Made by a program: the position numbers and the translations under genes
Notes under the pieces: model-generated
Seen by the model: the letters and a program-made list of their open reading frames with translations, nothing else
Databases searched by the model: none
What the model was told of the DNA's origin: nothing
NCBI GenBank assembly: GCA_951406725.2
Contig: OX597823.1
Location: forward strand, 58,156,001-58,220,000
Length of the DNA: 64,000 bases
DNA from: Octopus vulgaris
Taxonomy: Eukaryota
Direction: 5' to 3'
In this document: piece after piece, positions 52,101 to 64,000 of the stretch
Layout: the number at the start of each line of letters is the position of its first letter
How positions within the stretch are numbered: the stretch's first letter is position 1

Positions 52101-52204
52101 TTGGACTGCTCGCTTAGCCTGCGGTGTGGTGTCATTTGAAGGCTACAACAGTGCGAAGTGCATTGTGACCAGCAATTTGTAGCAACATCTGATGGTCGGT
52201 CACG

Positions 52205-52244
<40 letters not shown>

Positions 52245-52314
52245 TATATGTACATATATGTATGTATGTATGTATGTATATAAATATATATGTATGCATG
52301 TTTTTTTTTATTTG

Positions 52315-52555
52315 TTCCTTCTCGAGCCATACCTGGCTCATAAGCTGCCGGCGCCCCGGTTTCCTTGGCGTATACGTTCCCTATCTGGACGGGATGCCAG
52401 TCCGTCGCAGATGAGCTGCTAGATGCAGGAAGAAAGAGTGAGAGAAAGTTGTGGCGAAAGAGTTAGCAGAAGTTCGCCATTACTTTCGCTCGGTCTGAGA
52501 TTCGAACCCGCGATCCCGAGTCCGCCGCTCTAACAACTAGGCCATGTGCCTCCAC
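52315..52555 (-). mobile_element. tRNA-derived SINE (alternative head/middle) with tail type 3
   Basis: Minus strand ggaggcacatggcctagttgttagagcggcggactc...gggttcgaatctc...gcgacggactggcatcccgtccag. Confidence 0.75.
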
Positions 52556-52559
52556 TATG

Positions 52560-52636
<77 letters not shown>

Positions 52637-52644
52637 TCAGTTGG

Positions 52645-52815
52645 TGAAGGCATATGGTTCAGTGGTTAGAGCGTAGTGCTTACGATCGTGAGGTTATGAG
52701 TTTGATTCCCGGACCGGGCTGTGTGTTGTGTTTTTGAGCAAGACACTTTATTTCACATTGCTCCTGTTAACTCAGCTGTAGAAATGAGTTGCGACATCAC
52801 TGGTTCCAAGCTGTA
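52645..52815 (+). mobile_element. SINE family C, start of tail type 2
   Basis: gaaggcatatggttcagtggttagag...ttgagcaagacactttatttcac...cagctgtagaaatgagttgcgac. Confidence 0.8.
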
Positions 52816-53559
52816 AAAATGAAGAGGGAATTAACGGTTCAACATAATGAAAAAAAAAATGAAAATATATATATAGGAGGCGTGGGCATTTGTAAAACAC
52901 CATTCAGTGAAAGTGGGTACAAGAGGTAGAAAACCCCTAGAGAGCTTAATAATAATTATAACGTGTATATAGCTTTAGTGTAAACAGTACAAGATTTCGG
53001 TTGTGCTTTCAGAGATAAATATAGGTCGTTTTCTTGAGCAATGTATAAATCACTGACCTGCGACCTTTGGCAGCAAAAATTCTCAGGAGCCAGTTTGATT
53101 GAAGTAAACTTGTATGGGTGTGAAAACCTCATGTAAACACATTTCGTTGTTTGCCTTCGATGAAGACCCTAGTGGAATAATAGTTTCTGCTAAGGTGTGA
53201 TCGTCACGAGGAAGTATATAACACTGTTACGTGTTAAATTCATATAATTAATATTTAAGTTTGTAGAATTTATTGCTTCTTTAATTAATTCAAATATCCG
53301 CTGATATTCTAAAGTAACAATCTTCACTTTACAATAATAATGATAACACAGTTTTGTTCCACTGCGAAAATACTAACCGAAAGGTCGATAGTCGAGGAAT
53401 CAACCTGGTGGTTTGACTCGACAGAAATACCGCTCAAATCTACGTGAAATCACACACACTGCAGTTTTGAAGTGTAAAAAAGAAAAGGGGGATTGAAGAT
53501 AGTGTAGTCATATATGTTATGCTTTACACAATGACTGGTTTGGTGGCGACATATATATT

Positions 53560-53745
53560 TTTTTACATGTTTTTAGTCATTAGACTGCGGTCATGTTGGA
53601 GCACCGATTTTAGTCAACTGTATCGACCCCAGTACTTATGTATATTTTAAAAAACCTGGTACTTATATTATCGACCTCTTTTGCTGAACCGCTAAGTTAC
53701 GGTGACGTTAATACACCAACATCTGTTGTCAAGCAGTGGTGAAAG
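53560..53745 (-). mobile_element. SINE family B, 3' half
   Basis: gactgcggtcatgttggagcaccg...gaaccgctaagttacggtgacgtt...gttgtcaagcagtggtg. Confidence 0.75.
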
Positions 53746-53761
53746 GACACTACCACGCACT

Positions 53762-53821
<60 letters not shown>

Positions 53822-54173
53822 GGTACATACATACATATACCTCTATACATTCATGTATATACATAGGTATATACGGCTGTATATTGAAAGTGTGACATAG
53901 CAAAAGAGTGACAAATCTAAATAAAAAACATTAACTGTTGTTTAAGTAGTTTTTCTATTTGGAGAAGGTTCAAAATTAAAACTGTTTCAATGATGATTGA
54001 CTTCATGGTTCTGTAATGATATTATGTCTACTATTATAGAATTAAACGTCACCTAATCGTAACCGTTAAAATAAAGTTGTTAGAGTGTGTTTCGGAAAAT
54101 AGGTAAGTTGATTCTGGAGCTTTTGGCTGTTTATTCTATTGTTAATATCGATTTTTTTATCGTCTTGCCCATA

Positions 54174-55709
54174 ATGGATGAATACAAATTCCTCAAATTC
54201 CTGAAAAGTAAAGACAAACTATCCTTTAGGGAGCACCTCTACCAACTCCAACGATCCCAAGAGCAGAATCATTTCTTCAGGTGCGAGTACAAAAGATGTA
54301 GTGGTTCTGTAACCCTTCATGGAGTTCACTTTTTAATGTACACGGTGGATGTATATCCGAGGCAAAGGGACATAATCATGCAAGGAGAAAGGAAGTAATA
54401 CAAGCTCTTGATGAACTGAAAAGTAAGGCTAGAGCTACAAACTCTACATCAGTGGCAATTATGCAGGAAGCTTGACAGAAACTAGATATAAGCGATACCG
54501 TTGAAATGCCAAGTACATCAGCTAAGAGGCAACATATTCATCGCATTCGTAAAAAAGAATTACCAGTGGAATCAAATTCTGGGATAGATTTGATGATCCC
54601 AGAGAACTTAAAGATCACGCAAACTGGGGAAAGGGACTTCTTTTTGTTTGACATGAAAGTAGACAGCGACACTTTGAATGAACGAATCGAAGAGGATGGG
54701 GATGAGGAAGAGGACGAGCTCCAAGAGAGAATTAGAGCTTTCGGTGGTGACGATAATTTACGAAGATTAGTCGACTTTGATATCTGGTTTTTAGATGGGA
54801 CATTTAAAACTTGTCTACGACTTTTCTATCAGTTATATAGTATCCATTGCAGGTTCGAAGAACAAATTTTCCCAGTTGATTATACGCTGCTGACTGAGAA
54901 AACAACACAGATATATTCATCAATGCTAGAACACTTAACTTCGGTTTTAGAATCAAAAGAAATTCAGTTAAACCCTACGTTCTTTGTAGTAGATTTTGAG
55001 TTGTCTAGCATCAAAGCCCTCCAAGAAAAATTTTCCGATGCAAGAATATCGGGATGCTTTTTTCACCTATGTCAAAGTACTTACCGAAGTATTCAAAAGA
55101 ACGGCCTTGTTGATGCATATAAAAATAATGAGAATTTAGCTTTAACTTTACGACAGCTGGCGGCTCTCGCATTTTTGCACTCTGATGAAATCGACGATGC
55201 ATATTTAGATCTTTCAAATAATATTCCAAATGAAGTTTAACCAGTTTATAAATATTTTGGCGATACCGATGTGCTACATAGACCCATAATTTCACGAAGT
55301 AGAGGAAGACCACGACATAGCCAAATACGTTATGTCCCACGATTTGATCCACCTGTGTGGAGTATTTATCACTTGAAAGCATACAATCCCCCCAAGAACA
55401 AACAATGGTGTAGAAGCTTGGCACAGGAGATTTGAAACAGTCATTTAACGATACCATATAGGTGTATACTCGATGATTAGGAAGTACATAACGGAAGATC
55501 ATCACATAGACCAAGAGGTACAGAATTTAAATTTCAGTGATTAATTCGAGGACGAAGAGAGAACAAATTCAAAGTGAAATAGGCTTGCAACGGTTTTGGA
55601 TAGACAGGGAGCTGTCTCTTTAAATGAATATATCACAGGAATTGCTCAAAATTTACATTTTTGTTCATGCAATAAGCATCATAACGAAGATGAAGTTAAT
55701 GACTGTTAA
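54174..55709 (+). pseudogene. Mutator-like (MULE) transposase with an N-terminal FLYWCH-like finger, disrupted
   Basis: FFRCEYKRCSGS (FLYWCH-like); WFLDGTFK, FYQLYSIH, VVDFE, GCFFH (CxxH), LAALAF and PRTNNGVEAWHRRF; stops and frameshifts flank ORF 54506-55240. Confidence 0.85.
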
Positions 55710-55805
55710 AAATAATGTTTGCTTATGTTTGCTTATTATTCAAATGAATATTTAAGTATTTTTAGACGATATTTTTAAAGCTTTTTGTACATGTGTGTGC
55801 AAGTC

Positions 55806-56027
55806 TTCTAATTTCTTTATTGCCCACAAGGGGCTAAACATAGAGGGGAAAAACAAGAACAGACAAAGGGATTAAGTCGATTACATCGACCCCAGTGCGT
55901 AACTGGTCCTTAATTTATCGACCCCGAAAAGATGAAAGACAAAGTCGACCCCGGCAGAATTTGAACTCAGAACGTAGCGGCAGCCGAAATACCGCTAAGC
56001 ATTTCGTCCGGCTTGCTAACGTTTCTC
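55806..56027 (-). mobile_element. SINE family A, long-tail monomer
   Basis: Reverse complement of the family sequence. Confidence 0.85.
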
Positions 56028-56099
56028 CCCCCATAACAGCAATATCCTGGAAAACTCTGCCTCGCTCACATTTCTCCACATCCTCTTTCACTCAGTCGG

Positions 56100-56260
56100 A
56101 TATGACGACAAGGGTTGCTGCTGATCCGATCAAAGGAACAGATTGCTCGTGTTATTAACGTGAAAATCTCTGAGCACTCCACAGATACGCGTAATCTTAA
56201 CGTAATTCTAAGGGAGATTCAGCGTGACACAGAATGTGACAAGATTAACCTTTTGAGTTC
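56100..56260 (-). mobile_element. SINE tail type 1 fragment
   Basis: gatccgatcaaaggaacag...gggagattcagcgtgacacagaatgtgacaag. Confidence 0.7.
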
Positions 56261-57729
56261 CAGACAGAACTTATTCTTACCATCCTTTATATCTGCCACT
56301 TCAGGATCCACTGGTTTCTCATTTCTTCGCTATGTTTGCAGTGTTTAACCGCGCAAGTTACGCTCTAAAACTTTTGATCTGCTCTTGTTTATCAATGGAA
56401 TAACTGTCTGGATTAACTCCATGCAAACATATTTATCTACATAAGGTCTCCATTTATACTCACTTAATTTAACTGTCTTTCTTCTTCTTCTTCTTCTTCT
56501 TCTTCTTCTTCTTCTTCTTCTTCTTCTTCTTCTCTCTCTCTCTCCCTCTCCTTTTCTTATATAGAATAACCACCGATTCCCCAACATGCACACAAGCATT
56601 CATAGCAATCGGCAAAGCCCTGAATAGATCGAGGGACTACTACCTCCTTTTTTTCTACTCTAACTTATAAATGTCCACCTTTAAAGCTTTAATATTTTGA
56701 CTGCTTTATTTCGCGTTGGAATCGGGATAAACCTCTTAATAGTTTCTTCATCTTTTCCTTTAAATACCATAATGGCAACGGTAGCTTGTATACTGTGTTT
56801 ATTTAGCAGAATATACAGTCACAGTATATCTCAGATAACATCTTCCAATGTGTACTTCGTAGACTTTTTTCTGTCTCTGTCTGTCTCTCTCTCTTTTTTT
56901 TTTTTTTTTTGGATAAGATGATTTGAAGGAAATATTGATGCTACTCTGTCTAACAGGTCAAGCGATAGTGTGGAGGGTTCTTTCGTTGGTTTGAGAACAT
57001 TAATAATTGAAGATGAGTGGAGAAGAAACTTAACAATGTGCGACGTGATTAGCAACACTTAAACACACAGGAATCGACTGAATTAAAGTTCAGATATGGA
57101 GGGGGAAAATCAATTAACAGTCACATGTCATGGCCAAATCGTTAGTTATTCCCTTGGTGAGTGATACATGTGAGGTAAAAACTGTTAAATTATTAAATAT
57201 TCAAGAGAAACCTACTTTTATCGATAGACACATAGGAGATTACAATGCCTTTTTCCCCAGATATAAACGGTAGATTTTAAAACATGCTTCTAGCGTGGGG
57301 TTCTCTAAAACTATAGAAAGAAATAAAGAGAGATAGAGGTGTATGTCAGTGACCTAAGACAGCAGGAGAGAGCAAAAGAAGATGATGAACGTTCAAATAT
57401 TACTTTCCAGTAAATGTCTTGTTAAGATGGCCTCACCAGCAAAAATTTTACTTTCAGCTCAGTTTGTTTCATATTCCTAATGATAGCGCTTGTTAATTCC
57501 TCTCCAATTTTGTTAGACCTATACTTTTGGTGGGGTTCTGTTTTTGTTTTATTTCAGAATATGAAAGTAAAAAGACTATGTAAAGGAGGGATATCAGTCA
57601 TCTATATAGATTTATTTCCACTAATTATATTTTCAGTAGTTTTTATTCTGATTTTTAATTAAACCGCTCACAATATTACCAAAAGAAAACAAAGCTTTGT
57701 CGAAAATATGAAATAAGTGAAGCTTATAA

Positions 57730-60395
57730 TATCGGTTTCAAATTTTGGCTCAAGGCCACTGATTTCAGGGTAGAATGTAAGTCGATTACATCGACCCCCA
57801 GTGCTCAACTGGTACTTATTTTTTCGATTGAAAGGTAAAGTCGATCTAGGAGGATTTTAAACTCAGAGCGTAAAGACGGACGAAATGCCACTAAACATTT
57901 TGTTCGGCGTGCTAATTAGTTTTCCAGCTCACCGCCTTCTGGCGTTTGAAACAGAATGAAGATTGTAAAGGAGACACGCTAAAGCTATGTTCTACCTCAT
58001 GGTCGCATTTGTGCAAATAGCATTTTCTATTTCAATCAAACGGAGTCAGAACGTGGTTCGGATATCCACGACGTTAGATGTGCCACTAAGCAATTTTCCC
58101 AGCGTGCTAGCGGTTCTATCAGCTCACTGCATTAAGAGATACATCATAATAATAGTTCCAAATTTTGACTCAAGACCAGCAATTTTGAGGTAAGCGGATT
58201 AGTTGTTACAATCGACCGCAGTACTTGACAGGTATATAATTTTATTGTCCCCAAAAAATGAAGGGCAAAGATGGCCTCAGTGGAATTATAAGGCGGCGAG
58301 ATGGCAGAAATTTCGGGCCTTGTGCCTAGGGTAGAAAAGAATATTTAAATAGGACGGCGAGATGGCATAATTGTATTTGGTTCTTCAGCGTGCTGAGTTC
58401 AAATATCGCCGAGGTCGACTTTGCCTTTAATCCTTTCTGGGAGTCAATAAAATAAGAACCAGTTGGGCACTGGGGCCAATGTAATCGACTTAACGCCTTC
58501 TCCGAAATTTCAGGCCCTGTACCTATAGTAGAATGGAATATTGTCGGGGAAGGGGGGCCAGTCGATTAGATCGACCCCAGTACACAATTGGTACTTAATC
58601 TATCGACCTCGAAAAGATGACAGCAAAGTCGACTTCGGTAGAATTTGAACTCAGAACATAAAGACAAATGAAATACCACTAAGCATTTCGCTCCGTATGC
58701 TAATGTCGCCCTAGTAGAAAGGAATATTACTAGTGTTGTTAAGGCGGTGAGACGGCTGCATCAGTAACAAATCGAACAAAACGCTTAGTGACATTTTGAC
58801 TTAACGTACAGTGTTTCAATTCCACCGAAGTCGATTTTGCCTTTCCTCCTCTCGTGGTCGATAGAATAAATACCAACTGAACACTGGGGTAGAAGTAATC
58901 GACTTACTCTTCCTCCAAAATGCTGACCTTGTGCCAGATTTGACTTACCAAAAATGCTGACCTGGTGCCAGATTTGAAATTAATACATTACTGGTGTTAC
59001 TTTTATTATTTATCCTTTCTGCCTTTGAGAGATTTTTTCCTGAAACTATCAGGGGATGGAATTTAATCTGCTGCACTAAGGACTTTTGCTATTTCTCCAC
59101 TGCTCTACTGAATTCATATATTAATAACACAGTTCAAGAATTTCTAGTTCACTGTTGTCTTTCACTCTCAACATTTAGCGACTTTTACATTTACAATCGC
59201 AGTAAGGTTGTAAATATTATATGATGGATGTAAGTTTCTTAACAGCGAACTTTGCATGTAGATTTAACGGATAAGGAAGAACTAGACATTCAGTTTGTGT
59301 GTTAGAGAAGAGAATCTGATTTGTTCACCATTTATTATATATTAAACATTGCTTCCATTACATTCATACTTTAAGGCGGTGAGCAGATAGAACTATTTGC
59401 ACGTTAGACAAAATGCTTAGCGGCATTTCGTCCGTTTTTACGTTCTGTGTTGAATTCAAATTTCGTCGAGGTAGATATTGACTTTCATCCTTTTTGGGTT
59501 CGATAAAACAAAAACCAATTGAGCACTGAGATCGAATTAATCGGCTAGTCCCTTCTTCCGGCACTGCTGGCCTTGTGCCAAAATTCGAAACAAACATTTT
59601 TTAATGGCAGTAATTGGCGAGCTGTCGGAATCGGTAGTACGCCGGGCAAAATGCTTTGTGATATTTCGTTTGTCTTTACGTTCTGAGTTCAAATTCTGCC
59701 GAAGTTGACTTTGCTTTTCATCCTTTCGGGGTCCATAAAATAGCGTACCAATTGAGCACTGGGGTCGATGTAATCAACCCTTCCACTCTTCCAAAATTCC
59801 AGGTCTTTTGCGTATAATACTACGCCAGACAAAGAGCTTAGTGGCATTCCTTCCGGCTCTTTACATTCTAAGTTCAAATACTGCCGAGGCCGACATTGCC
59901 TTTCATCCTTTCAGGGTCGATGAAATAAATACCAATTAATCGCTGGGCTCAATGAAATCGACTTTCCCCTCACTCCCTAATTCTCAGCCTTGTACCTATT
60001 GTGGAAAGGATTATATTTATAGTTTCCTCACATTGACCAAACGCGTGGTCCAGAGCAGAAATGAAGTTGTTACTGGATTTAAAATGTCATCCTAATCTTC
60101 GCTGAGAATTTTTTAGTAATGATATTTACATGAAGGCCGTTAGGAGAGTATGTTTGAAGATCGTGAAGCATCTATATTGATAAAGATTTCAAAGGAGCTA
60201 GTTGGTTGAATCGTAAGTACGCCGGGTAAAATGCTTACCAGTATTTCGTCTGTCTTTACATTCTGAGTTCAAATTCCACCGAGGTCCACTTTGCTTTTCA
60301 TCCTTCCGGGGTCGATAAAATAAGTACCAGTCATGTACTGGGGACGATGTAATCGACTCAAAACTACTGGTCCTGTGCAAAGATTTGAAACAAAT
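57730..60395. mobile_element. Dense cluster of about ten degenerate SINE family A copies in both orientations
   Basis: Minus copies near 57730-57940, 58150-58290 and 58545-58710; plus copies near 58352-58540, 58740-58985, 59372-60015 and 60195-60395. Confidence 0.8.
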
Positions 60396-60784
60396 TTTTG
60401 TAACGATTTTGAGTGGACATTTTAATTGCGTGCTATTTCATTTCACACTATGGCCAAGTCTTTAAATGAAAAGTTCGCTTCACAATCAGGTTCGACCCCA
60501 CTTCATAGTATATCGGTCAGTTCAATTTTAACATCGCCTAGGTCAAGCTAAGCTTAGTGATTGAAATTATTTAGACAGGAACTCGGTTGAATGTCCATTC
60601 GGATGGATTGAATCTGTAACTCACGGGTACAGCTTTGTCACACAAAAATACCATGCTGAGTCTGCCTGAGAATCACAATATACATGTCTATGAAATATTC
60701 AACCGCTTATACTGCAATTCAGTTAATGGATCAAATTGGAACTTCGTCGTCGAAACCAATAGAGATCGATTATATTTATCATTT

Positions 60785-60965
60785 ATATTTTACTTATTTC
60801 AGCCATTAGATTTCGGCCATGCTGGGGCACCGCATTGAAGAATTTTAAGTCGAATTAATGGATCTCAGTACATTTTTAAAGCCTGGAACTTATTCTATCG
60901 ATGTCTTTTGACGAACGGCGACATAAACACACGAGCATCTGTTGTCAAGCGGTGGTGGAGCACAA
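60785..60965 (-). mobile_element. SINE family B, 3' half
   Basis: cggccatgctggggcaccgc...acttattctatcg...gttgtcaagcggtggtg. Confidence 0.7.
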
Positions 60966-61077
60966 ACACACGCACCACGCGCGCGCGCACACACACGTAC
61001 ATACGTACGTACGTGCGTACGTACATACATACATGCATACATATATACATACATACATACATACATACATACATGTA

Positions 61078-61312
61078 CAAGGTTGGCCGAAAGTCAGCCG
61101 ATAGTAAACCAAAATTCCATAAATACTTAATATTTTCAATTATATTTATTCATTTGGGAAAATGTGTCACTCAAGAAGGACTTCAGTTAAAACAATTTTC
61201 ATGACGTTTCATATTTAGATACTTTTATTAAATTCATTCAGTTGTTAAACATAAATAAATCTTGGAATTAAATGGTTTTGATTTACTGTCAAGTGACTTT
61301 TGGCCAACCCTG
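61078..61312. mobile_element. Tc1/mariner-type MITE
   Basis: TIRs caaggttggccgaaagtca... / ...tgacttttggccaaccctg; TA on the left, TC on the right; 235 bp, AT-rich interior. Confidence 0.8.
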
Positions 61313-61475
<163 letters not shown>

Positions 61476-62160
61476 TAATTAAATACACAACCGAAAGAGC
61501 TACTTATAGTTTCATGCTATTATGATACTTGAACAGGTATAATGGTAAAATATGCTATGTACCTTAAAGCAATCTTCAAGGCTCTGTTTATGCGTTATAT
61601 ATTTTTTTTAAAAAGCAAGGGCGCTGGACAGTAAGAAAATAAGAAAAGAAAAAAACGTGGAAAAACATGTAAAAGGTTGGTGCAAGAAATGGAACGAGAA
61701 AAAAGAAGCGAAATCAAGAAAACTAAACCCTTTTCCTCCCTGATTGCAGAAAACTCGTTAAATACAACTGATTTAGAACAAAATAACTGAACATATTTTT
61801 TTTTTTTTTTTTGGTCATTTTTGTTAAAAGAAATATTTTAAATAACAATTTTACGAATTGTTCTTTCAGACTTGAATTATTGTCCGAATGGGGACAATTT
61901 CCCACTGATAGAAAACATAATTATATTTTTTCATTAATTACCACTTGTTTTTATTAATTTCTCCAAGCATAATTCAATATTCTCAGCACAATGTTTGCTA
62001 AAGCGGACACCTTTTCTAAATTTTTTTTCAAAAGTTGATTTTCTAATGTAGCAAAATCATTTCAATGAGTTGCTGTGCTTTTATATATTTGTTACTCCAT
62101 ATATCGGGCCTTCTGCCTAGAGTACATAAGAGTATTAATATGTCCTGGCAAATTTTTAAA

Positions 62161-62742
62161 GGCGGTGAGCTGGCAGAAGCGTCAGCACGCCGGGGGAAAT
62201 GCTTACCGGTATTTCGTCTACCTTTACGTTCTGAGTTCAAATTCCTCCGAGGTCGACTTTGCCTTTCATCCTTTCGGGGTCGATTAAATAAGTACCAGTT
62301 ACGCACTGGGGTCGATATAATCGACTTAATCCGTTTGTCTGTTCTTGTTTGTCCCCTCTGTGTTTAGCCCCTTGTGGGTAATAAAGAAATAGGTATTTTG
62401 TCTACCTTTACGTTCTGAGTTCAAATTCCGCCGAGGTCGACTTTGCCTTTCATCCTTTCGGGGTCGATTAAATAAGTACCAGTTACGCACTGGGGGCGAT
62501 ATAATCGACTTAACCCGTTTGTCTGTTCTTGTTTGCCCTCTCTGTGCTTAGCCCCTTGTAGGTAGTAAAGAAATAGGTATTTCATTTGTCTTTACGTTCT
62601 GAGTTCAAATTCCGCCGAGGTCGGCTTTGCCTTTCATTCTTTCGAGGTCGATAAATTAAGTAGCAGTTGCGTACTGGGATCGATCTAATCGACTAGCCCC
62701 TTCCCCCAAAATTTCGTGCCTTGAGCTAGAATAGGAAAGATT
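62161..62742 (+). mobile_element. SINE family A trimer (one head, 184-bp units 62208-62391 and 62392-62575, third body with short tail)
   Basis: Direct tandem repeats with aaagaaata|ggtattt junctions. Confidence 0.9.
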
Positions 62743-62777
62743 ATTTGTTACTGCCTGTATGGAGGTTTTGTTTGCAG

Positions 62778-63180
62778 TGGCTTGTGAAGGCGCATGGCTT
62801 GTGAAGGCGCATGGCTTGTGAAGGCGCATGGCTTGTGAAGGCGCATGGCTTGTGAAGGTGCATGGCTTAGTGGTCACGGTATACGGCTCGCGATCGTAAG
62901 GTCGTGAGTTCGATTGCCGACTGCGCGTTGTGTCCTCAAGCAACACGCTTTATTTCACGTTGTTTCAGTCCATTCATCCAGCATAAAATAAAAGAGTTAT
63001 ACACGTATTTCAAAGGGCCAAGCTTATCCCATCCTGTGTCATGCTAAACCTTCCTGAGATCTACGTGGATGGTACGCGTATCTGTAGATTGCTGATCTGT
63101 TTGCACTTTAATTTTACAAGCAGGCTGTTCCGTTTTGTCAGATCAACTGGAATTCTCGTCGTCATAGCCGACGGAATAGC
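62778..63180 (+). mobile_element. SINE family C, tail type 1, preceded by five 17-bp repeats of its own 5' end
   Basis: (tggcttgtgaaggcgca)x5 at 62778-62862 (last copy has one change), then tggcttagtgg...gagttcgattgcc. Confidence 0.85.
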
Positions 63181-63336
63181 GGGGTTTTTTTTTTTGTGGT
63201 TTAACCGCAAATCAGTTTTAATCAAGAAATTTATGGTCAAAGCCGTTCCACATGTAGTGTATCATTCGATATGTAAGACTTTCTGTAAGGATATGGTTAA
63301 GTGTAGACTTGGCTGCTATTTCTAGAAGGTCGAGTA

Positions 63337-63760
63337 GTTGTTGTTGTTAGTATCCTTTTGTCTCTGGAGACAATGGAATTGCGCATAAACTAATCCAGTC
63401 TGATTTTTACATTTCGTGTCCTCTCCAGTTTCGCGCCAGCCTGGGCTATATGTAAGAAAATCCTGGGTAGCCCAATCGTCAGCATTCCTCTCTCGACCTT
63501 GCTGACATAGTCCAAAGGGGTGCAAAGCATTACGTTTGGCACCAGCATGGTTGCAGGAGCTGCCGGAAGAGTGTCGAGTCGAACACTAAACCGCCTTCGG
63601 GGCTCCACTCCGGATTTCTTTGAAAGTTGTCGCCTTTCCGTAACCCTGGATAGGGGCCCATACCGGGTACTATCAGCCGGAGCCAGCTAATCCCGGGACT
63701 CATGTCAGGCAGGGTCGTCACTCCCTGAAGTAGTGAAGAAAATCGCTTCCCACTACCTAC
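63337..63760 (-). mobile_element. Non-autonomous RTE-like retroposon (424 bp) with (AAC)n tail and TSD
   Basis: TSD agaaggtc(g/a)agta at 63324-63336 and 63761-63773; 3' hairpin tgtctc-ca-gagaca before the tail; body resembles RTE 5' UTR sequence from memory. Confidence 0.7.
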
Positions 63761-64000
63761 AGAAGGTCAAGTAAATACATATAAACTTCCTTCTTTACTC
63801 ATGTGCAGCGCTTATTTTACTTTAGCGAAGCAGTTTGCTGCTGTTTTAGTAGTTATTGTGTAAACTCATTTCTATTTCAATGGCTTCTGAAATGGAACAT
63901 AAATAGATTATCAATAAAGTCTGTGAGAGTTTGACGAATATTCTTAGTAATACTTTTACCGTAATTATTTCCTTATTTAACGTCCCGTTTCTATAGAAAC

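Noticed and set aside
53050-53135. FSGASLIEVNLYGC resembling a pentapeptide repeat
   Set aside because: Too short, frame closed on both sides.
62778-62862. Regular short repeats suggesting a CRISPR array (also 20767-21361)
   Set aside because: No unique spacers, no cas genes, eukaryotic context.

Overview
AT-rich eukaryotic (metazoan) non-coding DNA packed with microsatellites and transposable elements. The SINE repertoire, TTAGGG telomere-type repeats and repeat density suggest a cephalopod (Octopus-like) genome; this is my inference, not a database result. I recognise no intact host gene, and nearly all of the supplied ORF track is translated microsatellite or SINE. Recognisable content: at least three tRNA-derived SINE families (working names A, B, C) with swappable heads and tails; R4/Dong-type restriction-like-endonuclease LINE fragments inserted in (AAT)n tracts; Tx1/L1-type LINE pieces; a TSD-flanked RTE-like non-autonomous element; and hAT, Tc1/mariner and MULE transposase relics plus a MITE. 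The most interesting signal is a dispersed set of minimal type I hammerhead-ribozyme (HHR) motifs (CUGANGA...GAAAC-palindrome-GUH) in otherwise unrelated non-coding modules. These modules sit in (TA)n/(GATA)n tracts, often as long fold-back inverted repeats (17.5-21.7 kb, 32.4-33.3 kb, 51.4-52.0 kb). One motif has a compensatory U3-A8 core, and one appears to be the tail of a tRNA-headed SINE. All coordinates and foldings were read by eye and are approximate at degenerate ends.
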